From assembly GCA_008632985.1 (NCBI GenBank), contig QPGO01000117.1:246671-266670 (forward strand): a stretch of 20,000 nt of DNA, read 5' to 3'. Under the pieces are notes generated by a model, which was given only the letters and a program-made list of their open reading frames with translations, had not been told where the DNA came from and ran no database searches. Below are positions 1 through 10,410 of the stretch, in pieces (position 1 is the stretch's first letter; the number at the start of each line of letters is the position of its first letter). The position numbers and the translations under genes are program-made. Source of the stretch: Psammoneis japonica (Eukaryota).

Positions 1-1164
1 GCCATGTATGAAGCAAATCTCTTGGATGAATTCCCCGTCGTGTCCACCAATGTATGGAAGTATCTGGAACGCACCCAGATTCTTTCGACAAAGACTTCTC
101 AGTCTTCGCCTGCCTATGAATACGAGTCTAATGCCATGCGTGACAAGTACTATCGGCACGTGTCGGAGGGTGGATGGCCCTTTTCGACAAGTGCCCACGG
201 ATGGCCAATCAGTGACTGTACCGGAGAAGGCCTCAAGGGCGTTTTGTGTTTGACAAACTGCAGGGCTGTTGAGGATGGCATCAAAAGTGGCAAGCTACCC
301 GCCATGAACGAGAAGCGACTGGAGAATGCAATTAACGTCATTATTACGCTTCAGAACGAAGACGGAGGTGCGTTCGTGCAACGATACTATTGATACTTGA
401 GTCTTTTTTCTGTACACTTACACAGACTCTTCTCCCGCCGTTTTACTCTCTCTTCTCCTAGGCTGGGCGACTTATGAAAACAACAGAGGCTGGGGTTGGT
501 ACGAGCATTTGAACCCCAGTGAAGTGTTTGGTGACATTATGATTGACTATTCATATGTGGAATGCAGCATGGCAAGTCTGACCGCTTTGGCAGATTTTCA
601 CGAAATGTATCCAAACCACCGCCGTGCCGAAATTGAGCACTCGATTGAACGAGGCAAGGATTTATCAAGAGCATTCAACGGAATGATGGATCTTGGTACG
701 GTTCTTGGGCTGCTGTTTTTGTTATGGATGTTGGTTTGGTATTGAGGGTTTAGTTCAGGCTGGTGAACCAGTGTCTTCCCCCGTCATTACCAAGTGTTGC
801 GATTTCTGTTGAAGCACCAGCGTCCCAATGGCGGTTGGGGTGAAGACTTTACGTCGTGCTATGACAAGGACTACGCGGCGAACGGAATGGACGCGTACGG
901 CGATGATGGAAGTGGTGTTGTCAACACGGCTTGGGCACTCATGGCACTGTCCAAGGCTAAATGCCAAGACGTGGAGGCCGTTCGTCGAGGCGTCCGCTAC
1001 CTCATGGAACGCCAGTTGCCGTGTGGAGATTGGCCGCAGGAAGGTATTGCAGGAGTTTTCAATCGAGCGTGTGGAATCACGTACACAGCCTATCGCAATG
1101 TCTTTCCCATCTGGGCCTTGGTCGTTGCGTTGCGACTTACGGAGATGCTCTGAATGAAAATTGA
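1..1164 (+). CDS. CAS1: Oxidosqualene cyclase, probable cycloartenol synthase (5'-truncated by the window; intron 368-461)
   Basis: Motifs GGWPFST-HGWPISDCTGEG (DCTAE-type catalytic motif with the His/Ile pattern of cycloartenol synthases), QNEDGGW, NPSEVFGDIMIDYSYVECS, QW repeats (QRNDGSWYGSW, QRPNGGWGE, QLPCGDWPQE) and YRNVFPIWALG. GT-AG intron 368-461 joins DG-GWATYENNRG in frame. Four apparent 1-nt losses near 660, 710, 801 and 1121 must be corrected to reach TGA at 1162-1164. Confidence 0.93.
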
Positions 1165-1317
1165 ACGTCATAATTTCAATTCATCTGCCACACATTTTGA
1201 ATGTGAATGCGGGAGGCGATGGTAGGAAAGATTTCAAGTTTTTGATAGACGCGAGTTTGACTATTCAAGTTCCAAACGCACTGGCCTATAAAACTATTCC
1301 TGCCCATCCACACGATT

Positions 1318-1735
1318 TCATGACTTCTTTTTGGTTTCCGACTCTGTAGTACTCTTTTCTGATGCCGTTTTTTCTTCTTTATCGGTCTTGCTCGTCATGG
1401 CCACTTTTACGCCCCCAACAAATTCCCTTACAAGTACTGGCATGTCCTGTCCCATTTGTCTTGCGGCGGTGGAGTTGTGATCCTTCAAGTTTTCATTCAC
1501 AGTTGCAACTATCTCGGCCAAATCCTCTTGTTGCATAAAGGAATTGATTCCCTTCACAATCAAGCCCGCACCAACTTCCTGCATGCTTGGGTGGTTGATA
1601 ACGGCTGCCGCGAACGTCGCTGCAAATTGAACGGCTCCATCAAACATGGCAGAAGAGATGTTACCCATGTTGTACAACAAATATTATCAATTGTGGAACC
1701 GAGACAACACCGAGAAGAAGCACAGAAAGCACCAT
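1318..1735 (-). CDS. Hypothetical protein with N-terminal hydrophobic segment
   Basis: 120-codon ORF 1318-1680 with protein-like helical composition and a K/E/S/T-rich tail. Restoring one T near 1681 joins it to MVLSVLLLGVVSVPQLIIF (ATG at 1735). An ATG at 1779 is possible with one more indel. No family recognised. Confidence 0.5.
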
Positions 1736-2146
1736 GGCGGATCTTCTTGGATCATGGAATTCGCGCGATTGGATTCCATCTGCAATATTTTAAATATATG
1801 TATGTATGTATAAAATAATTAAAAAACTATTCAGTACTGGATGTTTAATATTAAAAAATATGTCCCAACGGACAATGTCTGTCTGTGCATCGGCAGGCGC
1901 CAATCATGTCAAATTTTATGTCAAACGCACCTCGAGCTCGGAGCGAGCGAGCGGTGACCATGCCGCCAGCGCACATAAGCGTCAAGCGTCGCTTCAACAC
2001 ACAAGTTGCTTTGATCTGTTGCAACAGTAGTCAGCAAGACAGCAAATATCGTCATACCGACCTTATCGTATTTCTTAGTCAAGGCCAAAAGGGGTCTTTG
2101 TTGCGTGTATTCGTTCATTTGCAACTGGCCTGATATATTATTCTTC

Positions 2147-4102
2147 ATGGGTACCTATCTCTCCACACCGGTCGTTGACAAGGACACGGAATCGGGTGAA
2201 TCCCTGAAATGTCCCATCTCACCCGTGGCTTGGGGCGTCGTTGATATGCAAGGATGGCGCAAGACCATGGAAGACGCTCACGTGGCGTGTACAGATCTTG
2301 ATATACCCCTACATTTAGACGTACAGGAAAGCTCTAAAATGACAAAGCATCAGGCAAAGGTGTTTGGAGTTTTTGATGGTCACGGAGGACCGGAAGTTGC
2401 TCGGTTTTGTCAATTGTATCTCGTTGATGTAATCAAGTGTATGCATACCTGGAAGCAGGACTCGCCAAAAGAGAGGGACGCTGTGGGACAAGCGCTTGTG
2501 ACGGCTTTTCATGCTCTGGATCGAATGATTGATGATCCCTCGAGAAGGTATGCTCTACCTTACCGTATGAATTTGTTTGCGCACTTAAGAACGGCAAAGC
2601 GTTTTATTATGAGTTGTTCAGAGCCTATTTCATACGTCTCATGTCTGTCTTTTTGCTTATGTTTTGATTACACAGAGAAGAACTGTTTCGCTTACAACAC
2701 GAGAAACCACAGCACGGAGAGCGACGGACGGTCATTCTAGACTTGCCAGAAGGATTTTACGAGGGTCCAATGCCGCACCTGCATAATGTCAACGATACAG
2801 ATGATAGTAAAATGGACACGACAACAAAGGAAGAGACCAAAGAAGCGAGCAAGGATACGCCAGATGTCAACGATACAGATGACTGTGAAATGGACACAAC
2901 AACAAAGGAAGAGCCCAAAGAAGCCAGCAAGGATACTGAGACTCCAGAGGACGAAGCTTCAGCAACGAAAGAAGTCAATGACGCATCTGGAAAAGATCAA
3001 AACGGTACAGACTCAAAAAGAAGAGGATGACTCCAAGGATGATGACTCCAACAAAAAGGTTGGTGTCAGCGAAGAAGAACAGAATGAATTTGAAATGGAG
3101 AGCGAAAGTAGTAACCAAGAAGAGAAGGAGCGCCAGCAACGAACTCTGTCCGTTGTCCAACCCGGTGGAATTTTGGAGCAAATTCTAGACATTGGCGGCG
3201 GAGATCAATTGTCGATTTCTCGCGGTGATTCTGGGCAAGTAGAGATTCAAGTCACCGACGAAGAGGGCGTGGAGGACGGTAATGGTAAGTGCTGTTCTTG
3301 GTATGTTGTTCTGGTGTTGTTGAATCTCGTGTATCTGAATACCACTGGTTCTCCCCATCAGTCATTGTCGTGAAATCACCACCCGAAGAATCGAAAACCA
3401 ACGGTCCGTCAGCATCGGTGCCAACCGTACTTCAAAACGGTCGGCAGGTTTGTAATCTTCCCGAACACCCGATTCACGCAGGGTGCACGGCCGTTGTGGG
3501 TGTCTTGATTGGTCGAACGCTCACCATTGCCAATGCGGGCGATTCGCGGGCCGTGCTTTGTCGAGAAGGTGGACGCACCGAGCCGCTCAGCTTTGATCAC
3601 AAGCCTTTGCAAGAGCGGGAAATGAATCGCATCACCAAGGCGGGTGGGTTTGTCAATCAGTTTGGGCGTGTCAATGGTAATCTGAATCTTTCTAGATCGA
3701 TTGGTGACCTAAAGTACAAACAAGTGCCTGGAATATCTCCGGCAGAGCAAATGATTACTGCCCAACCCGATATCGTTCAGTAAGTATCTCGATCCCATGG
3801 TTGATACACCAAGTTTATGAGCACGTTTTAACTGCGTCTTGTTGTCCCTTCACAGAGTCACTCTGCAACCAAAAGACGAATTCTTTATTTTGGGTTGTGA
3901 CGGTATTTGGGACTGTCTCACAAACGAACAAGCGGTTCAGTACGTTCGTGAGCGCATAGACGCAAAGACACCAACAGAAATCGGGGCTGAAATGTTGGAT
4001 GATATCATTAGCGATGATCCGAGGGCAACGCAGGGTATCGGTGGCGACAACATGACAATTATGATTGTGGATTTGCAACCAGAAACGAGGTCGTATCGCT
4101 GA
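2147..4102 (+). CDS. PP2C/PPM-family protein phosphatase, PPM1G-like with acidic insertion (introns 2548-2675, 3285-3361, 3780-3855)
   Basis: N-terminus MGTYLSTPV, then motifs MQGWRKTMEDAH, VFDGHGG, GCTA, ANAGDSRAV, LSFDHKP, GRVNGNLNLSRSIGD, GCDGIWD and GGDNMT. Three GT-AG introns each restore the frame. One indel in the A run near 3015 lies in the D/E-rich insertion. Confidence 0.93.
2786..2936 (+). repeat. Tandem duplication with 78-nt period (26 aa) inside the PP2C acidic insertion
   Basis: ATGTCAACGATACAGATGA starts at 2786 and again at 2864. The copies encode VNDTDDSKMDTTTKEETKEASKDT and VNDTDDCEMDTTTKEEPKEASKDT. Confidence 0.92.
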
Positions 4103-4291
4103 AGCGCAGCTAGAGAGAGAGAGAGAGTGCTATAGATAAGAATTGCATCGCATTTCGAATTCCACCAGAAACTTCATAAGGTACTCTAGAGTCATGATAC
4201 GTTTTGTAACAAAAGGTGTTACTCCTTTACTATCTAAAAAGGTATCCCGAATACCAACCGCCTCCTAATGTGTTTTGATTCAAGTTACAGC

Positions 4292-6281
4292 TTACGGGGC
4301 GATTCGCTTGGGATCACGGGGGAACCATGCGCTCTTGCGAATGTTGGGGAGACCCAAAAAGAGCATCACGACACGCTCCAATCCAATGCCACCTCCTCCA
4401 TGCGGGAGAGCACCATGCCGAAAGGAATCGACATAGGATTCGATATCCTTCAGGTCAATACCCCACGCCTTGGCGCGTTCTTCAATCAAGTCGGGCTCGT
4501 GGATTCGCTGAGCACCCGACAAGATTTCCTGACCGCGAAGGAAGAAATCGTAACTATTGGAAAGTTTGGGGTTCTGAAAGTGTCGTAATGCAGTGTAAGT
4601 ATTTCGATGCGGTAGTGATCAAACGACAAGAAAGCTTAATGCAAACTCACCTCAGGATCGGGCATGGTGTAGAAAGGCCGGACCGACAATGGATACTTGT
4701 CCATAAAGAAGAAGTCCGTGTCGTACTTCTCACGGACAATGTCACCGAGCTTCTTCTCGTTCTCGGTACTCAAATCATCATAGTCACCCTGTTCCACTCC
4801 CGCTTCTCTCAGGAGAGCGCAGCCTTCTGCATACGTCAACTTGAGTGTCGGCCGAAGGTACTTGAGGTCCTCAAAGGGATGTTGCTCTCGGACGCGCTCG
4901 AGTTCATTCTTGCATCGCTCGTTGATACCATCAAAGATGGAAATGAACAACTCACTAAAGACCTCCAATACCTCATCGTAGTGTTCTGAAATGACCATTT
5001 CCAAATCAAAACCCGTAAACTCACACAAGTGACGACGCGTGTTGGAGTTCTCCGCACGAAACACCGGGACCCGTCTCAAAGACACGCTCAAAGCCACTAC
5101 AGGCAGCCGTCATTTGTTTGTGGAGCTGCGGACTCATGGCCAAACAGGCGGGTTGACCAAAGTAGTCTAGAGTAAACACATCCGCTCCACCCTCTGACGC
5201 ACCACCAATCAGCTTGGGAGTATGAATCTCGACAAAACCCTTCTTCATGAGACACTCACGAAAGAGACATCCAACCATACTTTCAATCCGAAAGATAGAT
5301 TGGTTGGCAGGAGTCCGCAGATCGAGCCAACGGTAGTCGAGACGCATCTTTTGACCAACACGAATGATTCCATCCTCGTGCTGCTCTTCTTCATCATCCT
5401 CATTGTAGGCACCCACGTCCGTTTCCTTTCCAGATTCGGGACGGCACGCATCCTCCATTTGAAAGGGAAGAGCCGCCTTGGCCTTGCAAACACAGTGAAA
5501 GGCCGAGATTTGAATCTCCACCATTTTTTGTGTCGCCGACTCGACGGGCTGGTCCGGGACCGTCACAATTCCCTTGACGTCGACAACGCTCTCCGCCGGA
5601 ACGCTGTCAATATACTTGTTCATGGCTGCCGATATCGTTTCGGATTCAAAGCAAACTCCCTGAACCGAGTAAAGCGAAGACCGCACCAACACAAAGGCCC
5701 CTTTCCACGAGCCTTGACGTTGCAAGTGCCCACGGATCCAAACCTCTTGCCCCGCAATGGCAGGCTTTAGGTGATCAATATGAGTCCAAATCTTGTCGGT
5801 AATTTTTGAGATTGCACCATGGGAGCGTCTCCAAAGTTGTCTTGACCGACACCGGCCAACCGATCGGCCTTGGCCTTTTCACGGCGGAGTCGTTCCAAGC
5901 GATTCGCTTCCTTTTTGGCTGCCTTTTCTGCCTTGGCTTTGGCCTTGGCGGCGTTCTTTTCCTTGTTCTTTTCGGACGGTGCATTCGGCTGTTGTGCCGC
6001 CGCCTTCTTTTTTGCTTCCTTTTTCGGAGGACCAAAGTCGGTTCCTGTGACCTCTTTGAATTTGGCCTGTATTTAAATGTGGGAGTGCAAGACTTTTAAG
6101 TTCAAATTGCAAGTCGCATCTTTTTTTCGCACCCCAATTTAAAAAAAAATCTCACCTTGAGTGCCAGCATCTCATTCAAGGTTCCCTCCCACGCTTCTTT
6201 TGGCTTTTTCTCAAGCTTGGCGGCTTTGATTTGCTCACCAAGCTCATTAATTTTCGCTGTGAGTCCTTCTGCGGTTTCCAT
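4292..6281 (-). CDS. DARS1: Cytosolic aspartyl-tRNA synthetase with N-terminal WHEP-like domain (introns 6067-6155, 4574-4650)
   Basis: OB-fold anticodon-binding region (ESVVDVKG), [11 protein letters not shown], motif 1 [26 protein letters not shown], motif 2 [50 protein letters not shown] and motif 3 [14 protein letters not shown], ending [13 protein letters not shown] at 6281; exon 1 is 42 codons. Indels near 5065, 5700-5720 and 5803. Confidence 0.95.
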
Positions 6282-6782
6282 TGTTCCCTCTTTTTTTTTG
6301 TAATGTCAAGGACGTGATTGAATCAATCGACAAGAGCACGTTTGGCAATAACAACAGCAAGAGCACGTCTGATGAAGTGTGAGGAGGCGGCCGCAGTTTT
6401 TTGTCAGTTGAGGGTCGCGGTCGGTTACCGTGCGTTCGTTTATTTCTTGCGCCATAAGAAGTCTGGCCGTGCTCAGTGCCCGACAAACGCAGACCACAGA
6501 ATCGAAGCGCGCGCTTTTATACTGCAATTCTGCGTAGGATTCTACATGCGTGTTTTCTACGAGATTTTATCTACCTACGTACCGAGCGCCACAAGAAAAA
6601 AAAAACCATCCACACCATGACAGAAATACACACGAAACACAAAACCAACCCCGTCATTATGTGAGACGACCGGCAGAGCAAACAACGGCGCGGGTAGATT
6701 CCTTGCCCTACCTACTCTCTCTCTCTCTCTAGAGAAAGAAAAGTCACGCTATTGTTTCCAGAGGTTCCAGGCACAAAAGAAC

Positions 6783-7744
6783 ATGAACAATCATCAGAGA
6801 CCAAATGGCGGGGAGCAGCAGACCACAGCTTTGCGCAAGAAACGATCATTCATGATTCTAATCGCAGTGGTTGTGGTGGGTATATCAGCAGCAGTCGCTG
6901 CGACTGTCGGAGTTGTAATGTCGAGATCCAGCAGCGGCGGCGGAGGTGAAGCTACGGATGCAACGACACAACAAGAGGGTTCTTCCGATCCCACATCCTT
7001 TCGTGTCGATGACGACGGCAAAATGGTCCCATGCCCCCATGTATTCTTCACCCTTTGAATTCCTTTCCACTGATCCGGATGGCATTCATCTCAATGGACT
7101 AAAAGCAACGTCGCCCAATGCTAATTCGATGTCCATCTTGGCTCGACGTCTACCATTTACTATGAAATGGTTGGGTCCGTACATTTACGAGGATATCATG
7201 GATGACGACCTTTGGCAAACTGTTTGCGCCGTGGACATTGGCAGTCCTGGTTACATTTATGTGCGTGGACGGCGAAACTGTTTTGAGGACGACCGCTCGA
7301 CACTCAATATCAATCAGGGTTATGTTTACGTGGCACACATGCGTCTGTTGCCCGATGGGGTGGTTTGGTGGAAGGAAACGCCCGACAAGGTGATTATATC
7401 GTGGGAAAATGCAACCAAGTCCATGGATCAAAATGATTTGAATTCTATTGAACGCCACGATCCAGACGACACGAGACGGCTTTATATTAATGCACAGATT
7501 CACCTGTACGCATCGGGTCAAATCACACTGTGTTATGGTCCAAGCAACTGGGCCGACATTAACAATGGTGATACAACACATCTCGTAGGTGTTTCGGCAG
7601 TGACAAACGGTGGCAATGATGGTTTTTGTGGAGCGACTGGAGAACCACATTTTTGGAAAGGCGACGGAGAGTTTCTGCCGAGATTGGCCTGCAAACATGT
7701 GCCAGGACTATTGGCTTGACCGGAACGCTCCAAATACTAAATGA
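6783..7744 (+). CDS. Probable type II single-pass membrane protein with a beta-rich extracellular domain, uncharacterised
   Basis: Basic RKKR, then a hydrophobic helix (FMILIAVVVVGISAAVAATVGVVM) and an S/G/T linker. An indel in the C run near 7035 joins ORF 6946-7719 (LPFTMKWLG, KVIISWE, INAQIHLYASGQITLCYG). A second indel near 7680 would give the ending DWPANMCQDYW with stop at 7742-7744. Both ends are uncertain; a short upstream exon at 6617-6660 is possible. Confidence 0.6.
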
Positions 7745-8087
7745 CCTGAAGAAGTCTTGGGATGGACTGCAGCAGATGGTATTTTTTTATTGGAACTTTT
7801 TTCTGTTTTGCAATCACATGGAAGGTGCTGTGGCCTAGCTGTTCAACGGAAAACGATGAAATTCCTTGATGCTAGCATGGGGTGTGTAGCCGTACATCTA
7901 CGAAAAAGTCAACAATAGATTCACGTCATTTTCTGTCTTAGTTGACTAATCTAGCCTCCAAATTGGGCCCTGCAGTACATACTCGTAAAGTGGAATGAAT
8001 CTATCACAACTTCGTTGTGACTACGGAGAGCGGAAAGCGCTCTGACGATATTCAGTGTGGACAATCGAGCCCTACAGGGCCATAGCC

Positions 8088-8251
8088 AGCTACTGTAGAG
8101 TAGAGAAATACTCTCTACTAATACTCTAGCTACTAGAGAGTAGAAGTAGCTACTCTCTACTCTCTAGCTAGCACTCTCTACTCTCTCTCTCTTGTAGTAG
8201 CTAGAGTAGAGAGAGTAGAGTAGACTCTCTCTCTCTAGAGAGAGAGAGCTA
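8088..8251. repeat. Low-complexity CT/AG/TAG-rich quasi-palindromic tract
   Basis: Mosaic of TAGAG, CTCTA, TAGCTA and CTACT words. Contains the perfect 24-bp palindrome (CT)6(AG)6 at 8225-8248. Confidence 0.85.
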
Positions 8252-8474
8252 TCATACAGTATTTATTAGAGTGGAGCATGGGCTGTCTGGCTATATGTAC
8301 GAGAGAAGATCCGGTATTGACTGCGATCGCACGTAAAAAAGATACCAGAGGCCACGACGGCAAATCTGTGTCGTGATTGAAAGATTCATTCGAGAATCAT
8401 CGAGAAACAACGCTCGGTGACACTATCTCTTAGTCATACCGGTATCACACAACCTTCTGTTTGCAACAACAAAC

Positions 8475-8978
8475 ATGGATGCTCTCCTTGAAATGGCCGG
8501 CAAAGCCGGTATGAACCCTTCTCAGGGCGAAGCCGCAACGGGTGGAATCATGTCTTTGCTCAAAAACAATCTCGACGCTAGTCAGTTTGGCAAGATCGAA
8601 GAGAACATCCCAGGAGCTTCGGAAGCTGCTGCCAATCACGAAAAGGCTGGTAGCGAAGGTGGCGGTATGAGCAGCATGTTGGGAAGCGCAATGTCATCCT
8701 TTGGAGGTGGAGGAAGCAGTGGTGGTGAAGGTGGTGGAGGAGCTGGAGGTCTTTCGTCTCTCATGGCCATGATGGGAACCAAGGGTGTCGATCCCGGTAT
8801 GATGTCGAAATTCTTGCCGCAAGTCACTGATTTCATCAAGCAAAAGTGCGGTATCGATGTAGGTAGCATGCTGGGCGGTGCATCTGGCGGTGGTGCAAGT
8901 GCTAGTGGATCAGAGGGTGGTGGAGCTGGTGACGTGATGAGTAGCTTGTCTGGCATGGCTTCGGGTTTTATGAAATAG
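8475..8978 (+). CDS. Gly/Ser-rich DUF2780 (VcgC/VcgE)-like protein
   Basis: Clean intronless 167-aa ORF with an A-rich start context. Blocks GMNPSQGEAATGGIMSLLKNNLDASQFGKIEENIPG and GLSSLMAMMGTKGVDPGMMSKFLPQVTDFIKQKCG match my recollection of the DUF2780 pattern. The CDS is confident; the family call is moderate. Confidence 0.75.
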   Translation: MDALLEMAGKAGMNPSQGEAATGGIMSLLKNNLDASQFGKIEENIPGASEAAANHEKAGSEGGGMSSMLGSAMSSFGGGGSSGGEGGGGAGGLSSLMAMMGTKGVDPGMMSKFLPQVTDFIKQKCGIDVGSMLGGASGGGASASGSEGGGAGDVMSSLSGMASGFMK

Positions 8979-9323
8979 GTGTTGTTGTATGCCTTCGGAA
9001 AGCGGATTAAAGTATTGTGGGGAACGATGCGTGGATAGTAGCTGTGCTCTGCTGTTCATACTTTGAAAGTAGTCCTTTTAGATTTGTTAGGTAAAGATGG
9101 AATGACTAGAGTTGATGTAGCAAAAATAGAAAAAAAGCGAAGTACTACACTCTTTCACAAGTATCACCTAATTCGTTCCACACGAATGGAACGAACGACA
9201 TCTGATATAACATCAGAAGGTGTCTAGAATCTTCCTCTGTGGCGCCTCTAGAGAAACAGGTTGCTACTGTGTTGACTTTGGTCACTCCTGCCACACTGTG
9301 CATGGGACAAGAAGCCTTCTTAG

Positions 9324-9396
9324 AAACCACGAGGACCAAAAGCCGAGTGAAAGAATTTTGTTACAAAACCACGAGGACTAGAAGTCGAGTGAAAGA
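9324..9396 (+). repeat. Two 31-bp direct repeats, 42-bp period
   Basis: AAACCACGAGGACCAAAAGCCGAGTGAAAGA (9324-9354) and AAACCACGAGGACTAGAAGTCGAGTGAAAGA (9366-9396), 28/31 identical. Confidence 0.9.
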
Positions 9397-10410
9397 TTTC
9401 TGAAAACCGAAATTCGAAAACAGTGTATCTCTACGACGTCTTCCAGAAACTCCTCTCGTCTTCATAACCTCGTCAGCGATTCTCCCTACCCAAACGACCT
9501 GAGACTGATTGTCGACCAACTGTCACACTGGCTTTCTGTAGGCAAAACTTGTGCCAGCTCTTTCCAAAGAACTCTCTATAAGGGTCTTGCCCCGAACGCA
9601 ACTTTCTTCTCCATTTTTTCACTGCCTAAAACTGTCGACTGTTTTGCCCTGCACTTGGTGTATCCGAGGATGATGATATGAGCGCCACTTTTCTCTAGAA
9701 GCTTTGAGACGGGATGTACGATACTTCTCGTCACGATCAGGCACTAACGGTCGTATCCTCAGATCCAGGATCAAACGTCGAACATTCGGGGACGTTTCTT
9801 TTTCTGTTCCCGCCTTGCAGCCTCCTGCAGCTGCTATTTTTGCGCTCTCTAGCCGATCAAAAGCAGAAATTTCCACCACGGTACAAGCGTCTCCACGTGG
9901 GGCATTTTGAATATCCTTTTATTTTGTCGAGAGAAATCACGTGTTTTTCGATGAAGTACTGAGACGACCACACGGCTACACGACCAACGACCAGCCGACC
10001 AATTCGAGTTTCGACCGGAGTAAATTGAACATTAACTTTCTCGATCTTTATCCATCTCACAGCTTGATAACGATGAGAAGAAACATCACACATTCACATG
10101 ACTCAGGGATGTCATGATGGGTTTCGGTGATGCTGAGTTGCAGCAAGTTGCACTCAATGATACGCTGTTGCCGCGTCAGTTGCGACGAAGAAAAGGGCGG
10201 GAGGCAACTTGAAGCGAAAAGTACGTGGCGCGGTCTGTCATTCGTTCTCCAACGATTCTGATTGGATGAAAAATCTCATAGTTCCCTCCGACGATTACAC
10301 GCGGAATAGCGCGCGGTGCGACCATCACTCGATCTTCCCGTCCTGTTCATTTTTTCAAGGAAGGGCACCGCAAGCCATCGCGTCCCCTTGTTCAAATCTC
10401 TCCTCCAAAG

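Noticed and set aside
1784..1862. AT-rich island as a possible diatom centromere-like element
   Set aside because: Only about 80 bp, much shorter than the several-hundred-bp low-GC tracts associated with diatom centromere function; more likely promoter DNA.
4268..6099. Plus-strand ORFs over AspRS (4327-4989, 5222-5770 and others)
   Set aside because: Antisense shadows of the well-supported minus-strand AspRS.
9324..9396. CRISPR-like repeat pair
   Set aside because: Only two copies, an 11-bp spacer, eukaryotic context and no cas genes; a simple tandem duplication.
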